Shown here: positions 1 to 7,134 of the stretch, piece by piece
Position numbering within the stretch: the stretch's first letter is position 1
How the letters are laid out: the number at the start of each line of letters is the position of its first letter
Assembly (NCBI GenBank): GCA_043767805.1
Contig: JAYUGC010000145.1
Coordinates: 1-10,521, forward strand
Length of the DNA: 10,521 nucleotides
Source: Pseudomonadota bacterium
GTDB taxonomy: Bacteria; Bdellovibrionota; FAC87; UBA2466
Reading direction: 5' to 3'
Program-made: the position numbers and the translations under genes
Notes under the pieces: model-generated
What the model was told of the DNA's origin: nothing
Database searches by the model: none
What the model saw: only the letters and a program-made list of their open reading frames with translations

Positions 1-80
1 ATCCGATAGGTAGGGCAAGCGGAGGCCGCCCATGACAGGAGAAAGAGTAAGGCAAAGCCTAGAGGCCCGAAGGTCTTCAA
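1..80 (-). CDS. 5' end of an exported protein (partial, runs off the left edge)
   Basis: Not in the ORF track. The minus strand reads TTG(80) preceded by GGAG with an 8-nt spacer, translating MKTFGPLGFALLFLLSWAASA-CPTYR. This has a basic N-terminus, hydrophobic core and A-S-A cleavage site; the following Cys could make it a lipoprotein. The frame is open to the edge. Confidence 0.6.
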   Translation of the reverse strand, partial: MKTFGPLGFALLFLLSWAASACPTYR

Positions 81-116
81 GCGAGAAACTCCACGCGGCA
101 AAGGTTAGGACCGGGA

Positions 117-146
117 GTTATAGCGAAAAGGGGGGGGCCGAAGGAA
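117..146 (-). promoter_or_regulatory. Candidate sigma70 promoter for the left-edge gene
   Basis: Minus strand TTCCTT(146-141)-N18-TATAAC(122-117). The spacer contains a C8 run (G130-137 on +). Confidence 0.35.
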
Positions 147-180
147 GAGGGGGGCCTTAAGTCACTGGAATAATGGGACT

Positions 181-660
181 CTATTCAGAGTCGTGGTGGC
201 CGCCGCGGGTTTTCGCGTGGACTCCGCGCCGAAAGGCCTTAAAGCCACTTTCCAGCGCTTCCACGCCGAGCAGGACGAAGACCATGACGAGGGAGACGGC
301 GAGGGCATCGCCAAACCGGTTTACGCCGATGAGGGCGCCGACCGCCGCGAGCACCCAGATGACCGAAGCCGAGGTGACGCCCATGATGAGGCCGTCTTTG
401 GTGAGAATGAGACCGCCGCCTAAGAAACCGATGCCGGTTACGATTTGGCCGAGCACGCGAGTGGGATCGGTGCTTCTGCCTTCATCGAGCATGAGCCCTA
501 AGCGCATGAAGGTCGCGGTGCCCAAGCAAACCAAAATGCAGGTGCGCACTCCCGCGGGTTTTCCCCGGAGTTGTCTCTCGAGGCCCACGATGAAACCGCA
601 CGCTATGGAGACCGCGACTTGTATCCAGAATTTGGCGAACAGAGGCGAGTTTTCGATCAC
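181..660 (-). CDS. MgtC/SapB family membrane protein (short form, membrane domain only), 159 aa, GTG start
   Basis: Family motifs GFIVGLERQ..GKPAGVRT, DPTRVLGQIVTGIGFLGGG and GVTSASVIW..AAVG..IG, with several hydrophobic helices. There is no C-terminal soluble domain. Confidence 0.93.
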   Translation of the reverse strand: MIENSPLFAKFWIQVAVSIACGFIVGLERQLRGKPAGVRTCILVCLGTATFMRLGLMLDEGRSTDPTRVLGQIVTGIGFLGGGLILTKDGLIMGVTSASVIWVLAAVGALIGVNRFGDALAVSLVMVFVLLGVEALESGFKAFRRGVHAKTRGGHHDSE

Positions 661-666
661 AGGGAA

Positions 667-695
667 ATGGTAACGTTCCCCCCTCCCATCGTCAA
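667..695 (-). promoter_or_regulatory. sigma70 promoter of the mgtC-family gene (probably leaderless)
   Basis: TTGACG(695-690)-N17-TACCAT(672-667), then 6 nt to the GTG at 660. No Shine-Dalgarno sits at a usable distance. Confidence 0.7.
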
Positions 696-717
696 TTTAA
701 CGACACACTTCAGAAGC

Positions 718-747
718 TTGAAATACGTCGAAGCTTCAGTAAAAAAT
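718..747 (+). promoter_or_regulatory. Candidate sigma70 promoter of the PPC-domain gene
   Basis: TTGAAA(718-723)-N18-AAAAAT(742-747), 5 nt before ATG 753. It lies back-to-back with the mgtC-family promoter. Confidence 0.4.
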
Positions 748-752
748 GAGTC

Positions 753-1181
753 ATGCACTCTCAAGAAAAAGACGGAAAGCTCATGGTCATCGTCGAGCGG
801 GGAGAAAAACTCGTCGCGACTTTGACTCAAGCGCTCATCACCCACGGGATTAACGGGGGATTCATCAGCGGGCTCGGCGCGCTCACGCAAGCGGAGCTCG
901 GGTACTACTACCTGCACAAGAAGGAGTACTTGAAAAAGACGTTTACCGACGAGTGCGAGCTTCTTGCCTTGAACGGCAACGTCGCGCTGAAAGACGGAAA
1001 GCCCTTCGTGCACGTGCACGCCGTCTTGAGCGGAGACAATTTTCAAGCCTTCGGCGGCCATCTTTTCGAAGCGGTTTCCGCGGTCACCGCGGAAATTTCC
1101 GTGAGCCCGTTCCCGTTTGCTCCCCTTCGTTTGCCAAACGTGGACGTGGGCCTCGCGACCATCTGCCAGTTTTTACCCTGA
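753..1181 (+). CDS. PPC domain (DUF296/AF0104-like) putative metal/DNA-binding protein, 142 aa
   Basis: Motifs ERGEKL, ISGLGAL..AELGY, ELLALNGNV, HVHAVLS and GGHL are typical of DUF296 proteins, and the length fits. Confidence 0.9.
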   Translation: MHSQEKDGKLMVIVERGEKLVATLTQALITHGINGGFISGLGALTQAELGYYYLHKKEYLKKTFTDECELLALNGNVALKDGKPFVHVHAVLSGDNFQAFGGHLFEAVSAVTAEISVSPFPFAPLRLPNVDVGLATICQFLP

Positions 1182-1271
1182 AGGCGGCCCCTCTAGCCCG
1201 ACTTTTTGTGAAGACACCGGTTAACGCATTGCGGTATTAATAGTGCGCAGCGTCAAATGGGAGGGGTACAA

Positions 1272-3044
1272 GTGCCGCTCAAGTTCGCTTTCATTTTATC
1301 CATGGGTCTCGTGCTGGGGTCGTTTTCAACGACCCCAGCTCGTGGGGACCTCTCCAAACGTGAATGTTTCCAGAATTTTAGCGCCCTGGTGGTTCGCCAG
1401 GCGACCGAGGTCTGGCAACTCACTCCCGAGCGCAAAATCCCCATCCTGGTCCGGGGTGGCGACGAAGCTTCCTACCAGCAAACACCAAGCGCCCAAGCCG
1501 TTAACGAAATCCCCGTTTACGACACCATCGTTGTCGGCGGCGGTCTCTCCGGGTTAACGGCCGGGGTCTACCTGACCGATCACCAGAAGTCTGTTTTGCT
1601 TCTCGAAAAGGAGCCGCAGCTCGGAGGGCTCGCGGCCGGGGGCGAAAGAGGCGGCGTTCGCTACGCGCGAGGCGCGGCGTACTTTTCTCCGCCCGACGGC
1701 GAGCAGATAAAGATTTTCGATCACATCGGCCTTGGGGATTACCAAAAGCATTTCACGATCCCCGAGCCCATCGACAGCTACCTCTGGAACGGAAAGCTCT
1801 ACCCCAACGTTTGGGAGCCCGAGGCGCTCGAGCACCTTCCGAAAAGCTTTGCGCTCTTTCGGCACGCGCTGGAAGCCTTGGCGGACCGTATCCCGTCTCA
1901 GCCCATCGAGGACTCTGGTCTGCTGCAGTGGGATCATATGACCGCGGCCGAATGGGTGCGCTGGATGCCCGAGTACGTTTCGAAACAAAAGGACGAGGCC
2001 TCTCGAGCGATCTATCAGGACTATCTCGCCGACACTCGCCTCGATCGCAAAGATCCGATGAAAGAAGTGCTCCAGCTCTTGAACCTCTACAGCCGCTCGG
2101 CGCTTGGCTGGGAGACCAATCAGATTTCGGCGACGGCGTTTGCGAACTTCTACGTTTCCGAGATCGTGCCGCGCTTCACGGGAGCGACCGGTAGTGGCGA
2201 TGTCGCCAATCATTTAGTGAATATTTTGAAAGGCCGGAACTCACTCATCAAAATGCGCGCGGGCGCGACGGTCTCGACGATTCGCCAAAACGCGGACTTC
2301 GTCGAAGTGGTCTACGCGAAAAATGGCCAGACCTATTCGGTGCACGCGAAGAGCTTGGTGTTCTCGGCGCCTCTCGGTCAGGCGCCTAAACTCATCGAAG
2401 GCTTTGCGGCGGCGGTTCCCCGGCAGGCGAAGCTTCTCTCCGAGCTCGAGTACGCGCACTACGCGGTACACAACGTTTTCGTCGAAGGACATCCCTGGCG
2501 CGACTCTTACGACCTCTGGCTCCGGGATGAGAACTATTCGCAGAACGATCCGACGGACGTCATCTTGGGGCGCTGGCAGGATCCGAAGATTCACGGCTAC
2601 GACGGCCTCAAAGACTTCAAAGCCACGCCCGGCGACGACGTCGGCATTCTGACCATCTATCATCCTTTGCCCAAAGGCGCGGTCGGCGGCGGATTCGACG
2701 ATAAGCTCGCGATTGCGTCCGCGGAAAAAGCCTTAGGTCGGATCGAGACGATGATGAACCCCATCTTGAAGGCGCGCTGGGGAACTAAAATCAAAGTAAA
2801 GACCATCGAGACGAACCGCTGGCCGTTTTCCATTCACATCGTGAAGCCGGGTTGGTTGTCTAAAGCCAAGATTCTCAATGAGCCCATCGGCCGCATTTAT
2901 CTCGGCAACAACAATATGGGCCTACCGTCGGTGGAAGAGGCCATGTACCGCGGCAAACGCGCGGCTCTCGCGGCGTTAAAAGCCATGGGCGTTGTTGTCG
3001 CCGAGGAAGAAGCGCCTCAGTCAGACGCGGCCCAGGAACGATAG
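1272..3044 (+). CDS. FAD-dependent oxidoreductase, flavin amine oxidase/protoporphyrinogen oxidase superfamily, with N-terminal signal peptide (590 aa from GTG 1272; ORF track starts at ATG 1257)
   Basis: Rossmann motif DTIVVGGGLSGLTA...LLEKEPQLGG, an RGAAYF motif, and C-terminal GRIYLGN...PSVEEAMYRG. GGAGG at 1260-1264 precedes GTG 1272. The N-terminus MPLKFAFILSMGLVLGSFSTTPARG looks like a Sec signal. Substrate unknown. Confidence 0.85.
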   Translation: MPLKFAFILSMGLVLGSFSTTPARGDLSKRECFQNFSALVVRQATEVWQLTPERKIPILVRGGDEASYQQTPSAQAVNEIPVYDTIVVGGGLSGLTAGVYLTDHQKSVLLLEKEPQLGGLAAGGERGGVRYARGAAYFSPPDGEQIKIFDHIGLGDYQKHFTIPEPIDSYLWNGKLYPNVWEPEALEHLPKSFALFRHALEALADRIPSQPIEDSGLLQWDHMTAAEWVRWMPEYVSKQKDEASRAIYQDYLADTRLDRKDPMKEVLQLLNLYSRSALGWETNQISATAFANFYVSEIVPRFTGATGSGDVANHLVNILKGRNSLIKMRAGATVSTIRQNADFVEVVYAKNGQTYSVHAKSLVFSAPLGQAPKLIEGFAAAVPRQAKLLSELEYAHYAVHNVFVEGHPWRDSYDLWLRDENYSQNDPTDVILGRWQDPKIHGYDGLKDFKATPGDDVGILTIYHPLPKGAVGGGFDDKLAIASAEKALGRIETMMNPILKARWGTKIKVKTIETNRWPFSIHIVKPGWLSKAKILNEPIGRIYLGNNNMGLPSVEEAMYRGKRAALAALKAMGVVVAEEEAPQSDAAQER

Positions 3045-3700
3045 GTCCAGATCAGTAGGGCGGCGGTGGCCGGAAAGGCCAATACGACCAAACTCCAAGT
3101 GAGCGGGCTGGGCGTCAGGTCGTAGAAGAGACAGAACACCGTCCACGCCAAAATCGCGGCAAGGCCCATTGCCGAGAGGAAGAGGCCGAGCGAAAGTAAG
3201 AGATTCTGCGTTTTTCCTTTTGGGCCCTTCTTCTTATCCAGCACGACGATCGCCGCCGTGTAGATCTCGGAATAGAAGAAAAGCAAAAGGCAAAAACCGA
3301 AGACCAAAGCGTACTCGGAAGGAAGCGCGTTTCGTGGAAGAATCGGATAGCCCTTTAGGCGAGAGGCGACCAGTACCGGTACGTTGAAGTGAGGAACGAG
3401 CCAAAGTAAGTAAATCAGCACCGGGAAGCTCCCCGGAATCCCTCGCAAAAACCCCAGGCAAAACATCCGGACATTTTTCGAAGCGGGCGCTCCCCAAATC
3501 AGTCGACGATAGGGAAGGGAAGGAAGATTCGCCGCGAAGAGGAGGGCGAAGTAGTACGCCGGCTCGAAATCCGTTTCCGTCAAAGAGAAGAGCGCATTGA
3601 CGAGGACTAGGGCCGCGCAAGCGACAAGGCTCATGAGCCACGCCTTTCTCGTCGCTCGCAGGTCTCCTTTGACGTAGGCGAAGTAAGTTTCCAAGGTCAT
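3017..3700 (-). CDS. Hypothetical polytopic membrane protein, 227 aa
   Basis: About six hydrophobic segments separated by basic loops (e.g. DKKKGPKGK). It fills the gap between the oxidoreductase and the MATE gene. No family recognised. Confidence 0.7.
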   Translation of the reverse strand: MTLETYFAYVKGDLRATRKAWLMSLVACAALVLVNALFSLTETDFEPAYYFALLFAANLPSLPYRRLIWGAPASKNVRMFCLGFLRGIPGSFPVLIYLLWLVPHFNVPVLVASRLKGYPILPRNALPSEYALVFGFCLLLFFYSEIYTAAIVVLDKKKGPKGKTQNLLLSLGLFLSAMGLAAILAWTVFCLFYDLTPSPLTWSLVVLAFPATAALLIWTYRSWAASD

Positions 3701-3753
3701 GGCGTGCGTTCATGCTATCGCATCGGGGGATCTTTAGGCTAGGTTGATCGCTT

Positions 3754-5088
3754 ATGTCTCGAAGTCCTTATCGTCAGGAAATCGTCTCTTTGCTGCATCT
3801 CGCGTGGCCCATCATGGGAGCGCAGATCCTGACTTTGGGCATGGTGTTCACGGACAATGTCATGGTCGCGCGGCTGGGCGAAAAGCCGCTCGCCGCCATG
3901 GCGATGGCGGGTACCATCTACAGCACCTGCTACATCCTAGCGATGGGAATTCTTTCGGCTCTGAGTCCCGCCATCTCGCATGCGTATGGGGCGAAGGATT
4001 CGGTGAGCATCGGGCGCTGGATCCGCCAGGGTACGCGGCTGAGTTTCGTGCTTTCTTCCTGCGTCATCCTGGTTCTCATCAATTCCAAAAACATTTTGGT
4101 GTTTTTAGGTCAGGACCCTGAACTCGCGGCCGTCGCTCAGACTTTTTTGCGAGCGCTCGCTTGGGGCGTGCCGGGGCAGTATCTCTATTTTTGTGGAAGA
4201 ACGCTCAGTGAAGGGACTTCGGACTCTCGTCCTTCGATTTACATCGCGGCGATTGGCGTATTAGCCAACATCGGCCTCGATTATTTACTCATCTACGGAA
4301 AGCTCGGTTTTCCGGCGTGGGGAGTGGCGGGGGCCGGGTACGCGACTTCTCTCATCAACTGGATCATGGCGGGCGCCATGGGCCTCTATTTGAAAGGGCA
4401 CGCGCGCTACAAGGACTTCGGAATTTTCGATCGCGGCCCGTGGTTCGAAAAGAACCTCGTCAGAGATTTCATTCGCATCGGTTTACCCATTAGCGGCGGC
4501 ATGCTCGCCGAGATGTGCTTTTTCGCGGGCGCTACACTCCTGATGGGCACGCTTGGGAGCGAGAAACTCGCCGCTCATCAGATTGCCATCAACGCGGCTT
4601 CGCTGACGTTCATGATTCCCCTGGGCCTTGCGTTTGCCGTCGGTATCCGCGTCGGCCAATTTCGAGGCAGAGGCGATAATCTCGGCATGGTGCGCGCTGG
4701 CCGGGCGGGATTTCTGGTCACCTTGCTGATGCAATGCTTACCGGGCGGGCTCTTTCTCCTCTTTCCCGAAGTGGTGACGTCGCTTTATACTTCGGATCCC
4801 GCCCTCACCGAGCGGGCGGTGGCGTTACTTCGGGTTGGCGGCATCTTTCAGATTTTCGATGGGCTACAGGTAGTCGGAATCTCCGCGCTTCGCGGTTTGA
4901 GAGACACGAAAATCCCTTTCCTGAACACCGTCATTTCTTTTTGGCTTCTTGGCGCTCCATTAGCGATCTTTTTAATGAAACGGATCGGGCCGGTAGGCGT
5001 TTGGTATGGCATGGTAATAGGACTCGGGCTTGCGTCCGCGTTTCATTTATTACGTTTCCAACGGCTCAGCCGGGATCTAGTACAATAG
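3754..5088 (+). CDS. MATE family efflux transporter (NorM/MdtK-like), 444 aa
   Basis: Motifs LAWPI, D.VMVARLG...LA, NIGLDYLLIYGKLGFPAWGVAGAGYAT, IGLPI...AE, LAAHQIA, FMIPLGLA.AV.IRVG, FQIFDGLQ....ALRGLRDT and GVWYG. About 12 TM helices in two repeats. Confidence 0.96.
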   Translation: MSRSPYRQEIVSLLHLAWPIMGAQILTLGMVFTDNVMVARLGEKPLAAMAMAGTIYSTCYILAMGILSALSPAISHAYGAKDSVSIGRWIRQGTRLSFVLSSCVILVLINSKNILVFLGQDPELAAVAQTFLRALAWGVPGQYLYFCGRTLSEGTSDSRPSIYIAAIGVLANIGLDYLLIYGKLGFPAWGVAGAGYATSLINWIMAGAMGLYLKGHARYKDFGIFDRGPWFEKNLVRDFIRIGLPISGGMLAEMCFFAGATLLMGTLGSEKLAAHQIAINAASLTFMIPLGLAFAVGIRVGQFRGRGDNLGMVRAGRAGFLVTLLMQCLPGGLFLLFPEVVTSLYTSDPALTERAVALLRVGGIFQIFDGLQVVGISALRGLRDTKIPFLNTVISFWLLGAPLAIFLMKRIGPVGVWYGMVIGLGLASAFHLLRFQRLSRDLVQ

Positions 5089-5095
5089 TTGATTC

Positions 5096-5686
5096 ATGCA
5101 GAAGCCCCACCCCATCGCGAGAGTCCTCACCTACCTGGAAAAATTCGCGGGGAGGCCTTGGTACACCCCTGTTGTAGCCCTCATGGCCGCGCTCGATCTC
5201 TTCATCCTGGTGATACCCACCGACGCGCTTCTCTTGTCGAACGTGGCGCTCAGACCGAAGAAGTGGATTCAAATCGCGATCTGGTTCACGGCGGGCTCCG
5301 GGTTGGGTTCCTTGGCTTTGAGCCTTCTCATTCATCACTACGGGATCGATTTCTTGGGGACCGTGGGCATTCATCCCGAGACTTCGTCCACCTGGGAATC
5401 GACGGCCCGCTGGATTCGCGACTACCAAGGGCCGGCGCTGGCGGTTTTTGCTGGTGGCCCGTTTCCCTTGCAACCGGCGGTGATGGTGTCGGCGGTGGCC
5501 CGCGTGAGCCCCTGGGCCATCTTTCTTTGGGTAAGCCTAGGCCGCGCGCTCAAATTTTTCTTTTTCGCCTGGGCCGCGACCCACGCGCCGAAGTTGCTGG
5601 GAAAGCTTTGGGGCGTGCGCTCCGAAGTCGAGCACTACGAGGCGGTAAAACGCGAAGTCACTGCTCCGAAACCGAAGGTCGGCTGA
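5096..5686 (+). CDS. YqaA/DedA (VTT/SNARE-associated domain) family membrane protein, 196 aa
   Basis: Motifs D.FILVIPTDALL, RPKKW, GSGLGS, GPFPLQ and GRALKF match the YqaA-type DedA pattern. It starts 7 nt after the MATE stop. Confidence 0.82.
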   Translation: MQKPHPIARVLTYLEKFAGRPWYTPVVALMAALDLFILVIPTDALLLSNVALRPKKWIQIAIWFTAGSGLGSLALSLLIHHYGIDFLGTVGIHPETSSTWESTARWIRDYQGPALAVFAGGPFPLQPAVMVSAVARVSPWAIFLWVSLGRALKFFFFAWAATHAPKLLGKLWGVRSEVEHYEAVKREVTAPKPKVG

Positions 5687-5694
5687 ACGGGCGC

Positions 5695-6342
5695 CTACTG
5701 AAGCTTCAGATACTTGTTCGCGCCGGGATTGGTGACTTCTTTGAGGTGATCCGCCAAAGGCGGCGCGGATACTTTCGATCCCACCACGAAGTGTCTCGGC
5801 ACGGGCGCGATGACGATGTTATTGAGGTCAGTGACTTTGTAGACGTACGTCATGCACGTCCAGCTAACGCTATCGCGGTTGTCGAGAAACGCGTCGAGCG
5901 CGCGGTAGGTGCCGTCCTCGAATCCGGAGAGTGGCGTGCTGATTCTGAGGGCGTTGAACTTCACCGCGGGGCCAGTGACGGAATCCTGCGCGGGCGTCGG
6001 CGTGGTGCTGCTAAAGCGCACCGACACTTCTCCGTAGAGGTTCTGCAAGAAATCGAACTGAAATCCTTTTTTCTCACTGAGCGAGCGTCCGCCGACGGTG
6101 ACGGGCTTATAGGCGGCGCCGGAGTTGTCGACCCAAAGGCCGGCCAGGATTTCGAGCTGCATGTCGAGAGCGAGGTCGCTTTTTTCGACCTTGAACTCGT
6201 AGCCGCAAGCGCGCTCGGCTTCGCCGCCGCGGTTGATGCCGGCCTGGGCCTTTCGGCCGCAGCCGCTAAAGACCATCGCGGCCAGGGCCGCGAGAACGAA
6301 AAATCCGGTAACCGAAATCGTGGAATCCAACTCTCTTTTCAT
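5695..6342 (-). CDS. Hypothetical lipoprotein, 215 aa
   Basis: Hydrophobic stretch FFVLAALAAMVFSG-C forms a lipobox-like site. A strong SD (GGGAGGGG) sits just upstream of the ATG. The mature region is soluble with two more Cys. Confidence 0.75.
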   Translation of the reverse strand: MKRELDSTISVTGFFVLAALAAMVFSGCGRKAQAGINRGGEAERACGYEFKVEKSDLALDMQLEILAGLWVDNSGAAYKPVTVGGRSLSEKKGFQFDFLQNLYGEVSVRFSSTTPTPAQDSVTGPAVKFNALRISTPLSGFEDGTYRALDAFLDNRDSVSWTCMTYVYKVTDLNNIVIAPVPRHFVVGSKVSAPPLADHLKEVTNPGANKYLKLQ

Positions 6343-6395
6343 CGTCCCCTCCCAGGGAGGCCTCTCGGGAGACCCAAACTCTCGTCAAAGCGCAG

Positions 6396-6412
6396 AGCAA
6401 GACGCGCGCCAG
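6396..6412 (-). promoter_or_regulatory. sigma54 (RpoN) -24/-12 promoter for the lipoprotein gene
   Basis: Minus strand CTGGCGCGCGTCTTGCT versus consensus YTGGCACG-N4-TTGCW: one mismatch, exact GG-N10-GC spacing. It is intergenic and correctly oriented. Confidence 0.75.
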
Positions 6413-6480
6413 ATTACGGTGAGCCTGGAGGAAGTGGGGGGAAGAGAGGAAAGTGCCGTTCTACGGCGCTGGGAAGACGC

Positions 6481-7134
6481 TTATTGGGCTTCGGCGAAGG
6501 CGACGAGCGCTTCGTCGTCGGTGACTAGGAAGAGGCGCTCCTGACGGGCGAGGATGCCTTCGTCGATGAGGGCCTTTAGCGTAGCGCGGATGATCTTACG
6601 GTCGGTATCGACGTATTTGAGGATGGACTCCTCGGTGAGCGGAAAACGATTGTCGCCGTTTAGCCCGTTAATCGCCGAGCGAGAGAAGTGGCGCACGATA
6701 TTGGCGATGCGGACGACCGGGTTGTCGGATCGGAGCGCGCGCGCCACGAAGTTGGTCTGCTCGAACCGATCGCCCACCACTTGGAGCACGGTTTTCATCA
6801 GATCGGTCATGACGCTGGGAGCATGCGCCTCGATGTCGACGACGTCCTGGTTCGTCAGCTCGAGCACTAGAAGATCGGTCTCGCAGAAGGCGCTGAAAAC
6901 CCGTTTGTAAGGATCGGGCTGGAGCAAAACTTTTTCGCCGAGAAATTGCCCGGTCTCGAGCACGCCTTCGACCACGCTGCCTTCCGGGCGCTCGGCGATG
7001 AGCTGCAAGCGGCCGTTCACGAGAAAATACATGATCGACGCCAAGTCGCCTTGGCGGAACAAGTATTCCCCGGCGATATAACGCTTGTAGTACTTGTGCA
7101 GCGTTGAATTGAGTATGTCGTCTAGCAGTTCCAT
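6481..7134 (-). CDS. CRP/FNR-family regulator B (cNMP-binding domain plus C-terminal winged HTH), 217 aa
   Basis: cNMP fold motifs GEYLFRQGD..MYFLVNG, GQFLGE and RVFSA. C-helix RFEQTN. HTH-like LTEESILKYVDTDRKIIRATLKALIDEGIL. Its ATG overlaps the upstream TAA (TAATG at 7136-7132). Confidence 0.88.
   Translation of the reverse strand: MELLDDILNSTLHKYYKRYIAGEYLFRQGDLASIMYFLVNGRLQLIAERPEGSVVEGVLETGQFLGEKVLLQPDPYKRVFSAFCETDLLVLELTNQDVVDIEAHAPSVMTDLMKTVLQVVGDRFEQTNFVARALRSDNPVVRIANIVRHFSRSAINGLNGDNRFPLTEESILKYVDTDRKIIRATLKALIDEGILARQERLFLVTDDEALVAFAEAQ

Noticed and set aside
713..736. GAAGCTT repeated 17 nt apart in the mgtC-family/PPC divergent promoter region
   Set aside because: The repeat is short with no matching regulator nearby and cannot be distinguished from chance.
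1217..1233. CCGGTTAACGCATTGCG: GG-N10-GC with TTGC upstream of the oxidoreductase, including a short dyad CGCATTGCG
   Set aside because: The spacing fits sigma54, but the -24 box lacks TGGC. It is too weak to call, though worth rescoring with a PWM.
3700..3716. TGGCGTGCGTTCATGCT, sigma54-like sequence upstream of the MATE gene
   Set aside because: The GG-to-GC spacing is 11 nt rather than the strictly required 10.
6413..6420. 8-mer ATTACGGT next to one sigma54 site and its reverse complement ACCGTAAT (10280-10287) next to another
   Set aside because: There are only two instances, in opposite orientation, and one overlaps a stop codon and the -24 box. Chance is likely.
5089..6528. 479-aa plus-strand ORF
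   Set aside because: It is off-frame over the DedA gene and antisense to the lipoprotein, Arg/Gly-rich, and lacks motifs. This is a typical high-GC shadow ORF.
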